Origin: Bacillota bacterium
Lineage (GTDB): Bacteria > Bacillota > Clostridia > DUPQ01
Direction: 5' to 3'
NCBI GenBank assembly: GCA_036743175.1
Contig: DAINQB010000001.1
Location: 69,135-133,134 of the forward strand
Length of the DNA stretch: 64,000 nt
The stretch's first letter is position 1; each line of letters begins with the position of its first letter. This document shows, piece by piece, positions 9,888 through 19,647 of the stretch. A program made the translations under genes and the position numbers. Under the pieces are notes generated by a model. It made no database searches, was not told the DNA's origin, and saw only the letters and a list, made by a program, of their open reading frames with translations.

Positions 9888-11205
9888 TGACTGCTTCTCC
9901 TATCAGGTCGTATTCCCTGGCCTCCAGGATCCTGACACGGACCATATCCCCTGGTTCCAGTGGTTCGGATGATGCCACATACACAAGACCGTCTATTTCC
10001 GGAGCTTCCGCATATGATCTTCCTTCGTAGAAGATTCCATCATCCGATACATTACTGATGATTATATCATAAACTTTTCCTACACGTTTTTCATTTATTT
10101 TCCTGGAGATTTCTGCCTGTTCCCTCATCAGAATATCCCTGCGCTTAGAAGAAATTTCATCAGATATCTTACCCGGGAGCTTGTATGAAGCAGCTCCGTC
10201 CTCATCACAATATGTAAAAACCCCGATTCTGTCAAACTTCATTTCCTTTATGAATTTATGAAGTTCATTGAAATCCTCATTGCTTTCTCCCGGGAAGCCT
10301 GTTATAAAGGTCGTTCTAATGACTGCATCCGGAACCTTATGCCGTATTTTTTCAATTAGTTCCCGGTAATATCCGTTGGTTCCCTTCCTGCCCATGAGCT
10401 TCAGAATTCTGTCGGAAGCATGCTGCATGGGAATGTCGAAATATGGTACAAGGTTATCATTTGCAGCAATCAAGTCAATTAATCTGTCATCGATCAGTTC
10501 TGGATAGCAGTACAGCATCCTGTACCATTTTGGTCCTTCTGATGAGATGAGTCTTTCAAGAAGGTCAGCCAATGATGGTTTGCCATAAAGGTCAAAGCCA
10601 TAGTTTGTGGTGTCCTGGGCAACCAGTATTGCTTCTTGAAGTTTATTTTCCTTTGTCAATCCAGTAACTTCATTTACGATATCCTCTATCCTTCTGCTTC
10701 GCATTTTTCCCCTGATTGACGGAATCATGCAATATGTACAGGTATTGTCACAGCCATCTGATATCTTTATATATGCACTGCCGTCATTTGCAGATAATTT
10801 TCTTGGCAGCTCCAGAAAGTCAATTGAATCCTTTTTACCGGTAAGAATACCATCCTGGCCTTCTTGCAGTATTCTTCCCAGTTCAGGTATTGCATCTATT
10901 CCAATGCAAAGGTCCACTTCAGGAAGTTCCTCCAGTATCTTTTCCCTGTATCTTTCAGTCAGACATCCTGCAACAATAAGCTTCTTCAGCTTACCTGTCT
11001 TTTTAAGTTCAGAAACATCAAGGATGGTTGATATGGCTTCTTCAACGGCCGGTTGTATGAATGCACATGTATTTATTACAGCTATTTCAGCATTCTCAAG
11101 ATCGTTTGTCAGTTCATATCCTGAATTGTCTGCAACTGCTGCAAGTATTTCACTGTCTACAGTATTCTTCGGGCATCCAAGGGATACGATTGCTATGTGT
11201 TCCAT
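9874..11205 (-). CDS. rimO: Ribosomal protein S12 methylthiotransferase RimO (radical SAM MTTase + TRAM)
   Basis: N-terminus VSLGCPKNTVDSE (RimO-type), radical SAM CDNTCTYC, C-terminal TRAM domain. Confidence 0.85.
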   Translation of the reverse strand: MEHIAIVSLGCPKNTVDSEILAAVADNSGYELTNDLENAEIAVINTCAFIQPAVEEAISTILDVSELKKTGKLKKLIVAGCLTERYREKILEELPEVDLCIGIDAIPELGRILQEGQDGILTGKKDSIDFLELPRKLSANDGSAYIKISDGCDNTCTYCMIPSIRGKMRSRRIEDIVNEVTGLTKENKLQEAILVAQDTTNYGFDLYGKPSLADLLERLISSEGPKWYRMLYCYPELIDDRLIDLIAANDNLVPYFDIPMQHASDRILKLMGRKGTNGYYRELIEKIRHKVPDAVIRTTFITGFPGESNEDFNELHKFIKEMKFDRIGVFTYCDEDGAASYKLPGKISDEISSKRRDILMREQAEISRKINEKRVGKVYDIIISNVSDDGIFYEGRSYAEAPEIDGLVYVASSEPLEPGDMVRVRILEAREYDLIGEAVNEPA

Positions 11206-11813
11206 GGTTCCTCCATATTGGTTACTTCAGCTATTATATCCTTTTCGAAGCCCCTTGAAGCAAGATAAGTGGCAATTTTCATCGGTTCCTTTCTGCCTTT
11301 GAATTTTCTTTCTGCTATTTTCCTTGCAGTGACCAAATCATCCAGATCCGCTTTATCAATCGCAGTCCTTGCGGTTTGTGGGTTCAGGCCGTTGACTAAA
11401 AGCCATTGCTCCATTGCATACTTCGACATAGGTGATGATATCATTTTCCTCTTTAGAATCTTCGTGGCAAACTTCAAATCATCCAAATATCCATCCCTTT
11501 CCAGATTGTCAAGGGCTTCGTTGCTGATATCTGCATCAAACCCGTTTTCATCAAGATATGCCAAAAGCCGGCTTCTGGGCTTAAGGCCTGCAGCCAGCTT
11601 TTTCTTGCATAAAATCTCCGCTTCAATTACCCTGTCCTGGAATACCAGCTTTTCTACTTCATCACGGTTGAATTCTTCTTTTTCGTAAAGGTATCTTGTG
11701 AAATATAGTTCTTCTGATACCGTGAACTCAGTTCCGTCCTCCAGAACAATTAGAAAACCCTTATTCAGCTCCGCTCTCCGGCTGACTTTCATGCTTTGCT
11801 CCATCCAAACCAT
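11193..11813 (-). CDS. recX: Recombination regulator RecX
   Basis: 206 aa helical-repeat protein immediately downstream of recA. Confidence 0.7.
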   Translation of the reverse strand: MVWMEQSMKVSRRAELNKGFLIVLEDGTEFTVSEELYFTRYLYEKEEFNRDEVEKLVFQDRVIEAEILCKKKLAAGLKPRSRLLAYLDENGFDADISNEALDNLERDGYLDDLKFATKILKRKMISSPMSKYAMEQWLLVNGLNPQTARTAIDKADLDDLVTARKIAERKFKGRKEPMKIATYLASRGFEKDIIAEVTNMEEPWNT

Positions 11814-12783
11814 AGTGGCGTCTTACCAGTTTCTCTATTTCGTCACATACTTCCGGATTTTCCCTGAGGTAAGTCTTTGCATTTTCACGCCCCTGGCCTA
11901 TCCTCTGGTCCTTGTATGAAAACCATGACCCACTCTTGTTTATCACATCAATCTCAGCTGCCATATCCAGTATGCAGCCTTCCGTTGATATTCCCTGTCC
12001 GTACATTATATCAAATTCCGCCTGTTTGAAGGGAGGTGCTATCTTGTTCTTGGAAACCTTTACGACGGTCCTGGAACCCAGTATGTCCTGTCCGTCCTTT
12101 ATCCGTTCGGTTCTTCTTACATCAAGTCTTACGGATGAATAGAATTTCAGTGCCCTTCCTCCGGGAGTAACCTCAGGATTGCCGAACATAACGCCGACCT
12201 TTTCCCTCAGCTGATTTATGAATATTGCCGTTGTCCTGGATTTACTTATGACACCTGCAAGCTTCCTGAGTGCCTGTGACATAAGCCTTGCCTGCAGTCC
12301 GACATGTGTGTCACCCATTTCACCGTCAATCTCAGCCTTTGGTACAAGGGCTGCAACTGAGTCAACTACGATGATATCTATGGCTCCGCTTCTGACAAGG
12401 GCTTCCGTTATCTCAAGGGCCTGTTCGCCTGTGTCCGGCTGGGCTACGATAAGGTCGTCTATATTGACTCCAAGTCTTTTGGCATATTCCGGATCAAGGG
12501 CATGCTCAGCATCAACAAAGGCAGCTTCGCCGCCGAGTTTCTGTGCCTGAGCTATCATGTGAAGGGTTACGGTTGTTTTACCTGAAGACTCCGGGCCATA
12601 CACCTCAACGATCCTTCCTCTTGGCACTCCGCCTATTCCCAGTGCTACATCAAGGGAAAGCGCTCCGGTTGGTATGCTTTCAACATGCATGTGAGCATTT
12701 TCGCCCAGTCTCATGACTGCACCTTTTCCAAACTGTTTCTCTATCTGCAAAAGAGCCATATCCAATGCTTTTTTCTTTTCCAT
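11761..12783 (-). CDS. recA: Recombinase RecA
   Basis: Walker [10 protein letters not shown], classic RecA sequence throughout. Confidence 0.95.
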   Translation of the reverse strand: MEKKKALDMALLQIEKQFGKGAVMRLGENAHMHVESIPTGALSLDVALGIGGVPRGRIVEVYGPESSGKTTVTLHMIAQAQKLGGEAAFVDAEHALDPEYAKRLGVNIDDLIVAQPDTGEQALEITEALVRSGAIDIIVVDSVAALVPKAEIDGEMGDTHVGLQARLMSQALRKLAGVISKSRTTAIFINQLREKVGVMFGNPEVTPGGRALKFYSSVRLDVRRTERIKDGQDILGSRTVVKVSKNKIAPPFKQAEFDIMYGQGISTEGCILDMAAEIDVINKSGSWFSYKDQRIGQGRENAKTYLRENPEVCDEIEKLVRRHYGLDGAKHESQPESGAE

Positions 12784-12801
12784 AATGTAATTCCTCCGAT
12801 A

Positions 12802-12815
12802 AGAACATTTGTTCT
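12802..12815 (-). promoter_or_regulatory. Cheo/LexA (DinR) SOS box upstream of recA
   Basis: AGAACATTTGTTCT (GAAC-N4-GTTC) between a -10-like TATATAAT (12821-12828, minus strand) and the recA RBS GGAGG. Confidence 0.75.
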
Positions 12816-12861
12816 GCTAAATTATATATGACCGATTTGACAATGTCAACATCTATTATAT

Positions 12862-14484
12862 TCAATTTCCATTTTTTGTCAATTGTTTGAGTTTATTAAC
12901 AGTTCCGTTCCATATCTGCCTCATTTCATCTATCTTCATGTAATATGAAGAAACGGCATAGGCAATCATGCCGATCAGTATATCAAGGGTTACCCATGCA
13001 AGCTGCCGGCTCTTTGATATGACCATAATGCTTTTACCTAATAAAAGTGGAGCTATTATGCTGTCCGATAAATATACCGCTGCTCCCATGATAAGGACGG
13101 CTATGGCAGTCTTCAGTACAAATCCCTTTTTATCAATGAACCTGAATCCTTTTATTCGCTTCCTGAAAAGCAGCAGAAGGGTTACTGTTATGAATATTGT
13201 GGCAATAGAATATGCAAGGGCAACACCGGCAGCCCCCATGTCCGTGGTTCTGGTAACAGTATAGGCCAGTATGAAGTTGATTATTATACCTATGCTTCCT
13301 GCAATGAACGGCAGCATTGAATTCTTGGTGGAATAGTATGCCCTGTTCATTATTGTGTTTATTGACTGGGTGACTATAGAAAGGCTGTAAAGGGTAAGCA
13401 TTGCGGCAGTCAGTGATACCGCAGCATCGTCAAGATTCCCCCAGTTGAACATCAGCTGGATGGTAGGTTTGCTGATGATTGCAAGCCCTGCCGCAGATGG
13501 GACGGCAAGGAAGAGAACAAATCTAATGGCAGAATTCAGTTTTTCACCAAGTTCATTGAATTTCCCGAATGCATAAAGAGCGGATAAGGATGGAAGGATT
13601 GCGACACCTACTGCCTGTGCAATTATTCCAAGAGGCATCTGCCATGTCTTTCCGGCAACTTCAAGGGCACTGAGACTTCCTTCATCAAAGAATGTTGTAT
13701 AGTATTTTGAAATTATGAAGTTGATCTGCACGAATGCAGATGTCAGAAGCGTTGGAACCGCAAGCCTCACCATCCTGTGGAAATCAGGATGAGCCATATG
13801 CAGGGTAGGTCTGTAATCCTTCATGTATTTGATCGTGAATGAAAACTGAAGGATGAAATAGAAGAATGAACAGATTACGATGCCAAGTACAACCTTCTCA
13901 GCGCCATAGTTGCTTGATGCATCAGAATTGCTGAGGAAGAAAATACTCAGTACAGTCGCCAGATTGTATACGCAGGGCCCAAAGGCTGCAACAACGAACT
14001 TTGAATATGAATTGAGTATTCCGTTGCAGAACCCTGAAAGCATCATAAAAAATGAAATTGGCATCAATATCCTGGTCAGCCTTACTGCCAGTTCCATCTT
14101 TTCAGGGGGAGCATCGGCAAAGCCTCTGGCGACAAGATTCATCAGCTGCGGTGCAAAAACCACACCAAGTATGCATATCACCATCATGACAATCATCATG
14201 ACATTGATATATGTGCTTACTACCTTCCAGCCTTCCTTCTCTTCTTTTTTTTCGACGTACCCGGTCAGCATGGGAATCAGTGATGCCGCTATGGCTCCGC
14301 CCACCAACAGACCGTACATAAGATCCGGTATCTGAAATGCAGCATTGTATGCATCTGCAACACTGCTGTAACCACCCATTCTTGCGGGAATGAGAGCAGT
14401 CCTGAAAAACCCCAGTATCCTGCTGAGCAGTACTGAAAGCATTATCATGGCTGCCGTTCCCCTGAAGCTGACCCTGTTGCTCAA
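12862..14484 (-). CDS. murJ: Lipid II flippase MurJ (MviN)
   Basis: 540 aa, 14 TM segments, MurJ/MviN-type N-terminus LLSRILGFFR. Confidence 0.8.
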   Translation of the reverse strand: MSNRVSFRGTAAMIMLSVLLSRILGFFRTALIPARMGGYSSVADAYNAAFQIPDLMYGLLVGGAIAASLIPMLTGYVEKKEEKEGWKVVSTYINVMMIVMMVICILGVVFAPQLMNLVARGFADAPPEKMELAVRLTRILMPISFFMMLSGFCNGILNSYSKFVVAAFGPCVYNLATVLSIFFLSNSDASSNYGAEKVVLGIVICSFFYFILQFSFTIKYMKDYRPTLHMAHPDFHRMVRLAVPTLLTSAFVQINFIISKYYTTFFDEGSLSALEVAGKTWQMPLGIIAQAVGVAILPSLSALYAFGKFNELGEKLNSAIRFVLFLAVPSAAGLAIISKPTIQLMFNWGNLDDAAVSLTAAMLTLYSLSIVTQSINTIMNRAYYSTKNSMLPFIAGSIGIIINFILAYTVTRTTDMGAAGVALAYSIATIFITVTLLLLFRKRIKGFRFIDKKGFVLKTAIAVLIMGAAVYLSDSIIAPLLLGKSIMVISKSRQLAWVTLDILIGMIAYAVSSYYMKIDEMRQIWNGTVNKLKQLTKNGN

Positions 14485-15731
14485 TCCTCGACCTCCATCC
14501 CCAGTTCATGCCTTCTTATCATATCAAGGGCATGAAGACAGGAAGAATACCTTATTCTGTCCCTGCCGCCCCAAAGTTTCAATTGCTTTGTTTTGGTTCC
14601 ATACGCGTCGGATATTGCAATGAAGACTGTTCCCACGGGTTTTTCAACGGTTCCCCCGTCGGGACCTGCAATACCTGTGATTGAAAGACCAATCCCACAG
14701 TTGCAGGTTTTTCTTGCACCCTCAGCCATCTCGATTGCTGTCTCGGCACTCACCGCTCCATATCTTTCAATTGTTTCAGGCAACACACCCAACACATTGA
14801 TCTTCGATTGGTTTGAATATGTAACAGCTCCCATGTACAGAACAGATGAAATCCCCGGAATGTCTGTAAGCATGGATGTCAGTTTTCCGCCTGTACATGA
14901 TTCTGCTATGGCAATGCCCGTTTTATTTTTCATGAGCAAAGCTGAAGTTACCTGATGAAGTTCCTCATTGTTGTAAGAGTAAATGTATTTTCCCAGCCTG
15001 TCTTTGATTTCATTGAGAACAGGAGCCATCATTTCATCGGGGTTCTCCCGTCCCGGTATGTATTTTACCGTAACCCTGAGTGTAGTTTCACCCATCTTTG
15101 CATAAGGAGCTATTGTAGGATTGCTCTGTGCGGTTATCAAATCATTTATGACAGTCTCCATGCTTGATTCGCCTATGCCGAACATCCTGATGAAGACTGA
15201 TTTAAGCTTATAGTTCGCCCTTTTCATGAAAAATGGAAGTACTGACTGCTCAAACATGGGTTCCATTTCCCATGGCGGACCCGGAAGCATTACAACGGTT
15301 TTTTCATTCTTTTCTATGATACATCCCGGAGCAGTTCCATTGTCATTCCTGAGTATTATTGCACCCTCAGGAAAATATCCCTGTTTTTCATTGTTTGCCG
15401 TGGCTGTCCTTCCCAGTTTGTTGAAAAATCCATGTATTTTCTGCAATGTTTCTTCGTCAGGCACCATCCTAAGCCCAAGTGCATTGGCAATTGTTTCCTT
15501 GGTCAGGTCATCCTGTGTGGGCCCAAGGCCACCGGTTGTCAGTATGACATCTGCTCTTTTGAGAGCTATGTCAAGACAAGAAGACAGCCGCTGGGGATTG
15601 TCCCCGACGACTGTATGATAATACACATATACGTCTGCATCCGGGAATCGTTCTGACACATAACGGGCATTTGTATTCGTTATCTGCCCCATCAGAAGCT
15701 CCGTGCCAACGGCAATAATTTCAGCGATCAA
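14481..15731 (-). CDS. cinA: Competence/damage-inducible protein CinA (NMN amidohydrolase)
   Basis: N-terminal MoCF-biosynthesis domain MIAEIIAVGTELLMGQITNTNA; C-terminal CinA domain. Confidence 0.85.
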   Translation of the reverse strand: MIAEIIAVGTELLMGQITNTNARYVSERFPDADVYVYYHTVVGDNPQRLSSCLDIALKRADVILTTGGLGPTQDDLTKETIANALGLRMVPDEETLQKIHGFFNKLGRTATANNEKQGYFPEGAIILRNDNGTAPGCIIEKNEKTVVMLPGPPWEMEPMFEQSVLPFFMKRANYKLKSVFIRMFGIGESSMETVINDLITAQSNPTIAPYAKMGETTLRVTVKYIPGRENPDEMMAPVLNEIKDRLGKYIYSYNNEELHQVTSALLMKNKTGIAIAESCTGGKLTSMLTDIPGISSVLYMGAVTYSNQSKINVLGVLPETIERYGAVSAETAIEMAEGARKTCNCGIGLSITGIAGPDGGTVEKPVGTVFIAISDAYGTKTKQLKLWGGRDRIRYSSCLHALDMIRRHELGMEVED

Positions 15732-15745
15732 ATTGCTAAAACCTC

Positions 15746-16177
15746 CTATTGGTTATAGACAGCATCAGAAGACAATACTTCAAGTCCCTTGGCCTGCAGG
15801 CTTTTGATTGCCCTTTCGCAATCCTCGACCCTCAGGATGACATTTGCCTTGTGACTGGTCTTTGAGATGAATGCATATATATATTCCACGCTGATTTTGT
15901 CTTCATGGAGAATCTGCAGTGCATCTGCAAGACCTCCGGGTGCATCCTCTATGGATATGGCAATTACTTCAGTAATGCTTACAGTAAAACCTTCATTGCG
16001 GAGTGCTTCCTCAGCCTTCCTGGGATGGTCCACGATAAGCCTGAGTATTCCAAACTCAGTCGTATCCGCAATCGAAAGAGCCCTGATGTTGATGTTTGCA
16101 TCACTGAGGATCCGGGCAACCTGTGCAACCCTTCCCTCTTTGTTTTCCAGAAAAACCGAAATCTGTTTTACAAGCAT
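15746..16177 (-). CDS. ACT domain-containing protein
   Basis: 143 aa with two ACT-like halves; the typical partner of PaaK-like ligases. Confidence 0.7.
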   Translation of the reverse strand: MLVKQISVFLENKEGRVAQVARILSDANINIRALSIADTTEFGILRLIVDHPRKAEEALRNEGFTVSITEVIAISIEDAPGGLADALQILHEDKISVEYIYAFISKTSHKANVILRVEDCERAIKSLQAKGLEVLSSDAVYNQ

Positions 16178-16187
16178 ACCTTCCTCC

Positions 16188-17489
16188 TTATAAGTTCCTG
16201 TTGTCTATGACACGCTGTGCCTTGCCTTCACTCCTGGCTATTGTCTTGGGTTCAACCAGAGTAACCTTTGCGCTTATTGCCAGTGTGCTTTCAATGTTGA
16301 ACTTGAGTTTTCTCTCAAGGTCCTCAATTTTCTTAACTTCATCCGAGAACAGTGCCTGGGTCATCTCAACCTGTACTTCAAGGGCGTCCATGGACCCTGC
16401 CTTGGAAACTATCAGCTGGTAGTGAGGGGCTGTTTCCCCAAGTTCCAGAAGAACACTTTCAATCTGTGTCGGGAATACATTTACTCCCCTGATTATAAGC
16501 ATATCGTCGGTTCTTCCCGTGACCTTCTCCATCCTGTAGGAGGTTCTTCCGCAGGCGCACGGTTCATTGTTGAGCTTTGATATATCCCTGGTCCTGTATC
16601 TAAGCAACGGAAGTGCTTTCTTTGTTACGGTGGTGAAGACTATTTCGCCCTGCTCACCATAATCCAGAACTTCTTCGGTATCAGGGTTGATTATCTCAGG
16701 TATGAAATGGTCATCATTTACATGCAGTCCGCATTTTTCAGGGCACTCCTGGGATACGCCGGGGCCGATTATTTCGCTGAGGCCATATATATCGATTGCA
16801 AGGACACCAAGTCTTTCCTCTATGTCCTTCCTCATATTTTCACTCCATGGTTCCGCTCCGAATATTCCCGCCTTCAGTTTAATCTTTGAACGGTCAATCT
16901 TCTGTTCCTCAATGACTTCTGCAAGATAAAGGGCGTATGAAGGTGTGCATGAAATAATGGTTGGACCAAAGTCAAGCATCAGTTCAATCTGTCTCTTTGT
17001 ATTGCCACCTGATATGGGTATGACAGCCATTCCTATTTTTTCCGCACCATAATGTACCCCAAGGCCTCCTGTGAAAAGTCCGTATCCGTATGCATTCTGG
17101 AGAATGTCAGATTTTGTAGCACCGCAGGCACTGATAGTCCTTGCCATGACCTCTGCCCAGACATCAATGTCATCCCTTGTATATCCTACGACAGTTCTTT
17201 TTCCCGTTGTCCCGCTGGAAGCATGTATCCTCACGACATCATCCATGGGAACGGCAAAAAGTCCATATGGATAATGCTCCCTGAGGTCCGTTTTATATGT
17301 GAACGGCAGATCCTTCAGATTGTCGATGCTCTTTATATCACCGGGCAGGATGCCAAGGTCATCCATCTTTTTCTTGTAAAAGGGAACGTTGGCATAGACA
17401 TGTGCAACGGTTTCGGCAAGCCTCTTCCCCTGCAGCTGTCTCTTTTCCTCATCGCCCATACATTCATACTTGGGATTCCAGATTGTCAT
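16188..17489 (-). CDS. paaK: Phenylacetate--CoA ligase family protein (PaaK-like)
   Basis: 433 aa. AMP-binding motif [11 protein letters not shown] and overall PaaK/F390-synthetase-like sequence. Confidence 0.8.
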   Translation of the reverse strand: MTIWNPKYECMGDEEKRQLQGKRLAETVAHVYANVPFYKKKMDDLGILPGDIKSIDNLKDLPFTYKTDLREHYPYGLFAVPMDDVVRIHASSGTTGKRTVVGYTRDDIDVWAEVMARTISACGATKSDILQNAYGYGLFTGGLGVHYGAEKIGMAVIPISGGNTKRQIELMLDFGPTIISCTPSYALYLAEVIEEQKIDRSKIKLKAGIFGAEPWSENMRKDIEERLGVLAIDIYGLSEIIGPGVSQECPEKCGLHVNDDHFIPEIINPDTEEVLDYGEQGEIVFTTVTKKALPLLRYRTRDISKLNNEPCACGRTSYRMEKVTGRTDDMLIIRGVNVFPTQIESVLLELGETAPHYQLIVSKAGSMDALEVQVEMTQALFSDEVKKIEDLERKLKFNIESTLAISAKVTLVEPKTIARSEGKAQRVIDNRNL

Positions 17490-17544
17490 AAATATACCTC
17501 TCCTTCATTCTATAGTAATGCAATGTCGTTTTCAATCATGCATA

Positions 17545-17813
17545 TATAAAAAAGCCCGTCTCACAAAGAGACGGAGCTTATCCGCGGTACCACACTTCTT
17601 CCCGGTAAAACCGGGCCCTCCGGAATAACGGTTCCGATTCCGTTGTTTTCTACTTGATGTTCAAAAACAATGCTCAGGTATGAAATTTCACTGTTCCGCA
17701 GTGCCGGGTCATCCCACTCCCAGACCCTCTCTTGTGGTTACGGGCAGTTACTTTGTACCTTCATCGCTTCAACGTATTGAAGTTATTATATTATCTGCGT
17801 CTAGTGCTGTCAA
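17545..17813 (-). promoter_or_regulatory. T-box riboswitch leader (promoter + stem I + T-box + terminator) controlling paaK-ACT; specifier probably UUC (Phe)
   Basis: Read on the minus strand. Sigma-A promoter TTGACA-17nt-TATAAT (-35 = 17808-17813, -10 = 17785-17790). Stem I base K-turn GCGAUGAAGG...CCUGAGC. Specifier loop with AGUA on the 5' side and GAAAUUUCA (UUC + A) on the 3' side. T-box sequence AGUGUGGUACCGCGG (17580-17595). Terminator hairpin CCGUCUC/GAGACGG + U6 (17545-17577), immediately upstream of the paaK start. Confidence 0.8.
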
Positions 17814-17936
17814 TTCAAAGTGACTGACGGCCGGCCATTATTAACAAGTATTATCATCAACTCATAAATTCTTTGCCAAACAGGGATATTTATAGTAAAA
17901 TTGCATCAAAATGCACATAACAATCTGAGGTGGCTG

Positions 17937-19058
17937 ATGGTAGAAATAGTAGAAGTAAAGAATAACAGGGATCTTAGGAAATTCGTTGCCTATGTCAATG
18001 AGCTCTATAAGGATAACAAGTACTTTGTTCCTGACCTTGTGGTCGATGAAGTCAATACGCTAAGAAAAGACAAGAATCCCGCATATGAGTTTTCTGAAGC
18101 TGTCTTCTATCTTGCCTACCGGGATAAGAAAATAGTCGGAAGAATAGGTGTAATGGTCAACCACAGGGCCAATGAGAAATGGGGTCAGAACCGTGCCCGT
18201 TTCACACATTTTGATTTCATAGATGATCATGAGGTTTCAGAGAAACTCATGGAAACAGCCATCGGCTGGGCGAAGGAGCATGGATATGATGTAATCCACG
18301 GGCCCCTCGGTCTGACCGATATTGACCACCAGGGTCTCATGGTTGAGGGGTTTGATGAGCTTGATATGTTCATAACCATATACAATGCCCCCTACTACAA
18401 GGAGCACCTTGAAAAGCTTGGTTTCGAGCCTGAGATTGACTGGGTCGAATACCAGATACCTGTACCTGAAGAGCCCGTGGACAAGTATTCGAGGATTGCA
18501 AACATTGCAAGAAGGAAATTTGGTTACAGGGTAATTGAATTTACAAAGAAAAAGGACATACTAAAATGGGCTGACAAGGTCTTTGAACTTTACAACACTG
18601 CATATGCTCCCCTTTACGGCACCTCAATGCTTTCAGACAAACAGATTAAGATGTATATAGACAGTTTCTTTGGATTCGTCAATCCTGACTTCATAAAGAT
18701 AATTGTCAATAAGAACGATGAGGTCATTGGTTTTGGGATAACATTCCCCTCTTTGTCGAAGGCCATGCAAAAGGCAAAGGGCAGGCTTTTCCCCTTCGGC
18801 TTCATCCATCTGCTGAAAGCAATAAAGAAGAATGATACCCTTGACCTCTACCTCGTTGCCATCCACCCTGACTACCAGGGCACCGGAGCAAGTGCAATGC
18901 TGATTGAAAGCGTTCTCAATGCTGCGCACAGACACAACATGAAGTTCGCCGAAACAGGACCTGAACTTGAAAACAATACCGCAGTCCAGACCATGTGGAA
19001 ATACATTGAACGACGCCAGCACCGCCGCCGTAGGATTTATACAAAAAAGATTTCCTGA
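17937..19058 (+). CDS. Tandem GNAT-fold acyltransferase (FemAB/GNAT-like), function unknown
   Basis: ORF from 17901; likely start MVEIVEV at 17937 behind RBS GAGGTGG. C-terminal GNAT motif A HPDYQGTGASAML; N-terminal half also GNAT-like. Confidence 0.5.
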   Translation: MVEIVEVKNNRDLRKFVAYVNELYKDNKYFVPDLVVDEVNTLRKDKNPAYEFSEAVFYLAYRDKKIVGRIGVMVNHRANEKWGQNRARFTHFDFIDDHEVSEKLMETAIGWAKEHGYDVIHGPLGLTDIDHQGLMVEGFDELDMFITIYNAPYYKEHLEKLGFEPEIDWVEYQIPVPEEPVDKYSRIANIARRKFGYRVIEFTKKKDILKWADKVFELYNTAYAPLYGTSMLSDKQIKMYIDSFFGFVNPDFIKIIVNKNDEVIGFGITFPSLSKAMQKAKGRLFPFGFIHLLKAIKKNDTLDLYLVAIHPDYQGTGASAMLIESVLNAAHRHNMKFAETGPELENNTAVQTMWKYIERRQHRRRRIYTKKIS

Positions 19059-19080
19059 CATTTGTTCAAATCAGGCTTAG

Positions 19081-19117
19081 AAGCGGTCACGTTATCCGAC
19101 GGATGATGTGACCGCTT
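19081..19117. repeat. 37-bp palindromic repeat, copy A
   Basis: aagcggtcacgttatccgacggatgatgtgaccgctt: a 10-bp outer stem (aagcggtcac/gtgaccgctt) around an inner palindrome atccgNcggat. A second copy lies 531 bp downstream. Confidence 0.8.
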
Positions 19118-19144
19118 TGATGTATAATGGAGGCGGAGGTGATC

Positions 19145-19609
19145 ATGATGTTGATCAAGATTGGAAAATTGACATCTTTGCTTCTGCTTATCCCATTTCT
19201 CTTTATTTTTTGCTCTTGTTCGGTGATTGATCTGGATGAATTCAACGAACAGGTGGTGGGCGCTTTTGCATCAAGGGCCTTGTCAGCTGAAAGAAAATAT
19301 CTGAATGAACCGGCTGTGGGAACTGTAAATCCTTTTCCTGCTTCTTTTGTAATCACAGGAAAGGTCCTGATACTTGAGGAAAATATAGAATATGTAATTC
19401 CCCTTGATGAATATAAAAAGTATAACTTTGATGAATATGTCTGGTATACGGAAGTTCCTTCTGAAATAAGGTATGTGGTCCTTACAGAAATGGTGGATGA
19501 AAAAATTGTATATACAATAGTCGATCTTTCATATGACGAAAAAGTATACAAGGGCATTGCAGGATCATACAAGGAACTCGGAGAAATACTGGAAGAACTG
19601 ACTCTATGA
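19145..19609 (+). CDS. Small membrane-anchored/lipoprotein-like hypothetical protein
   Basis: ORF 19127..19609. Probable start ATG 19145 behind RBS GGAGGCGGAGGTG and a TATAAT at 19123-19128. N-terminal hydrophobic segment LLLLIPFLFIFCSCS. No recognisable domain. Confidence 0.5.
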   Translation: MMLIKIGKLTSLLLLIPFLFIFCSCSVIDLDEFNEQVVGAFASRALSAERKYLNEPAVGTVNPFPASFVITGKVLILEENIEYVIPLDEYKKYNFDEYVWYTEVPSEIRYVVLTEMVDEKIVYTIVDLSYDEKVYKGIAGSYKELGEILEELTL

Positions 19610-19611
19610 AC

Positions 19612-19647
19612 AAGCGGTCACGTTATCCGTCGGATGATGTGACCGCC
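19612..19647. repeat. 37-bp palindromic repeat, copy B
   Basis: aagcggtcacgttatccgtcggatgatgtgaccgcc; differs from copy A only at the central base and the last two bases. Overlaps the last codons of nrnA and lies 3 nt after the stop of the small lipoprotein gene. Confidence 0.8.

Noticed and set aside
19060-19080. tRNA-like T-arm (gttcaaatc)
   Set aside because: No acceptor stem, D-arm or anticodon arm can be assembled around it.
19081-19647. CRISPR array
   Set aside because: There are only two copies of the 37-bp palindrome, 531 bp apart, with a protein-coding gene between them. No regularly spaced repeat array exists anywhere in the window.
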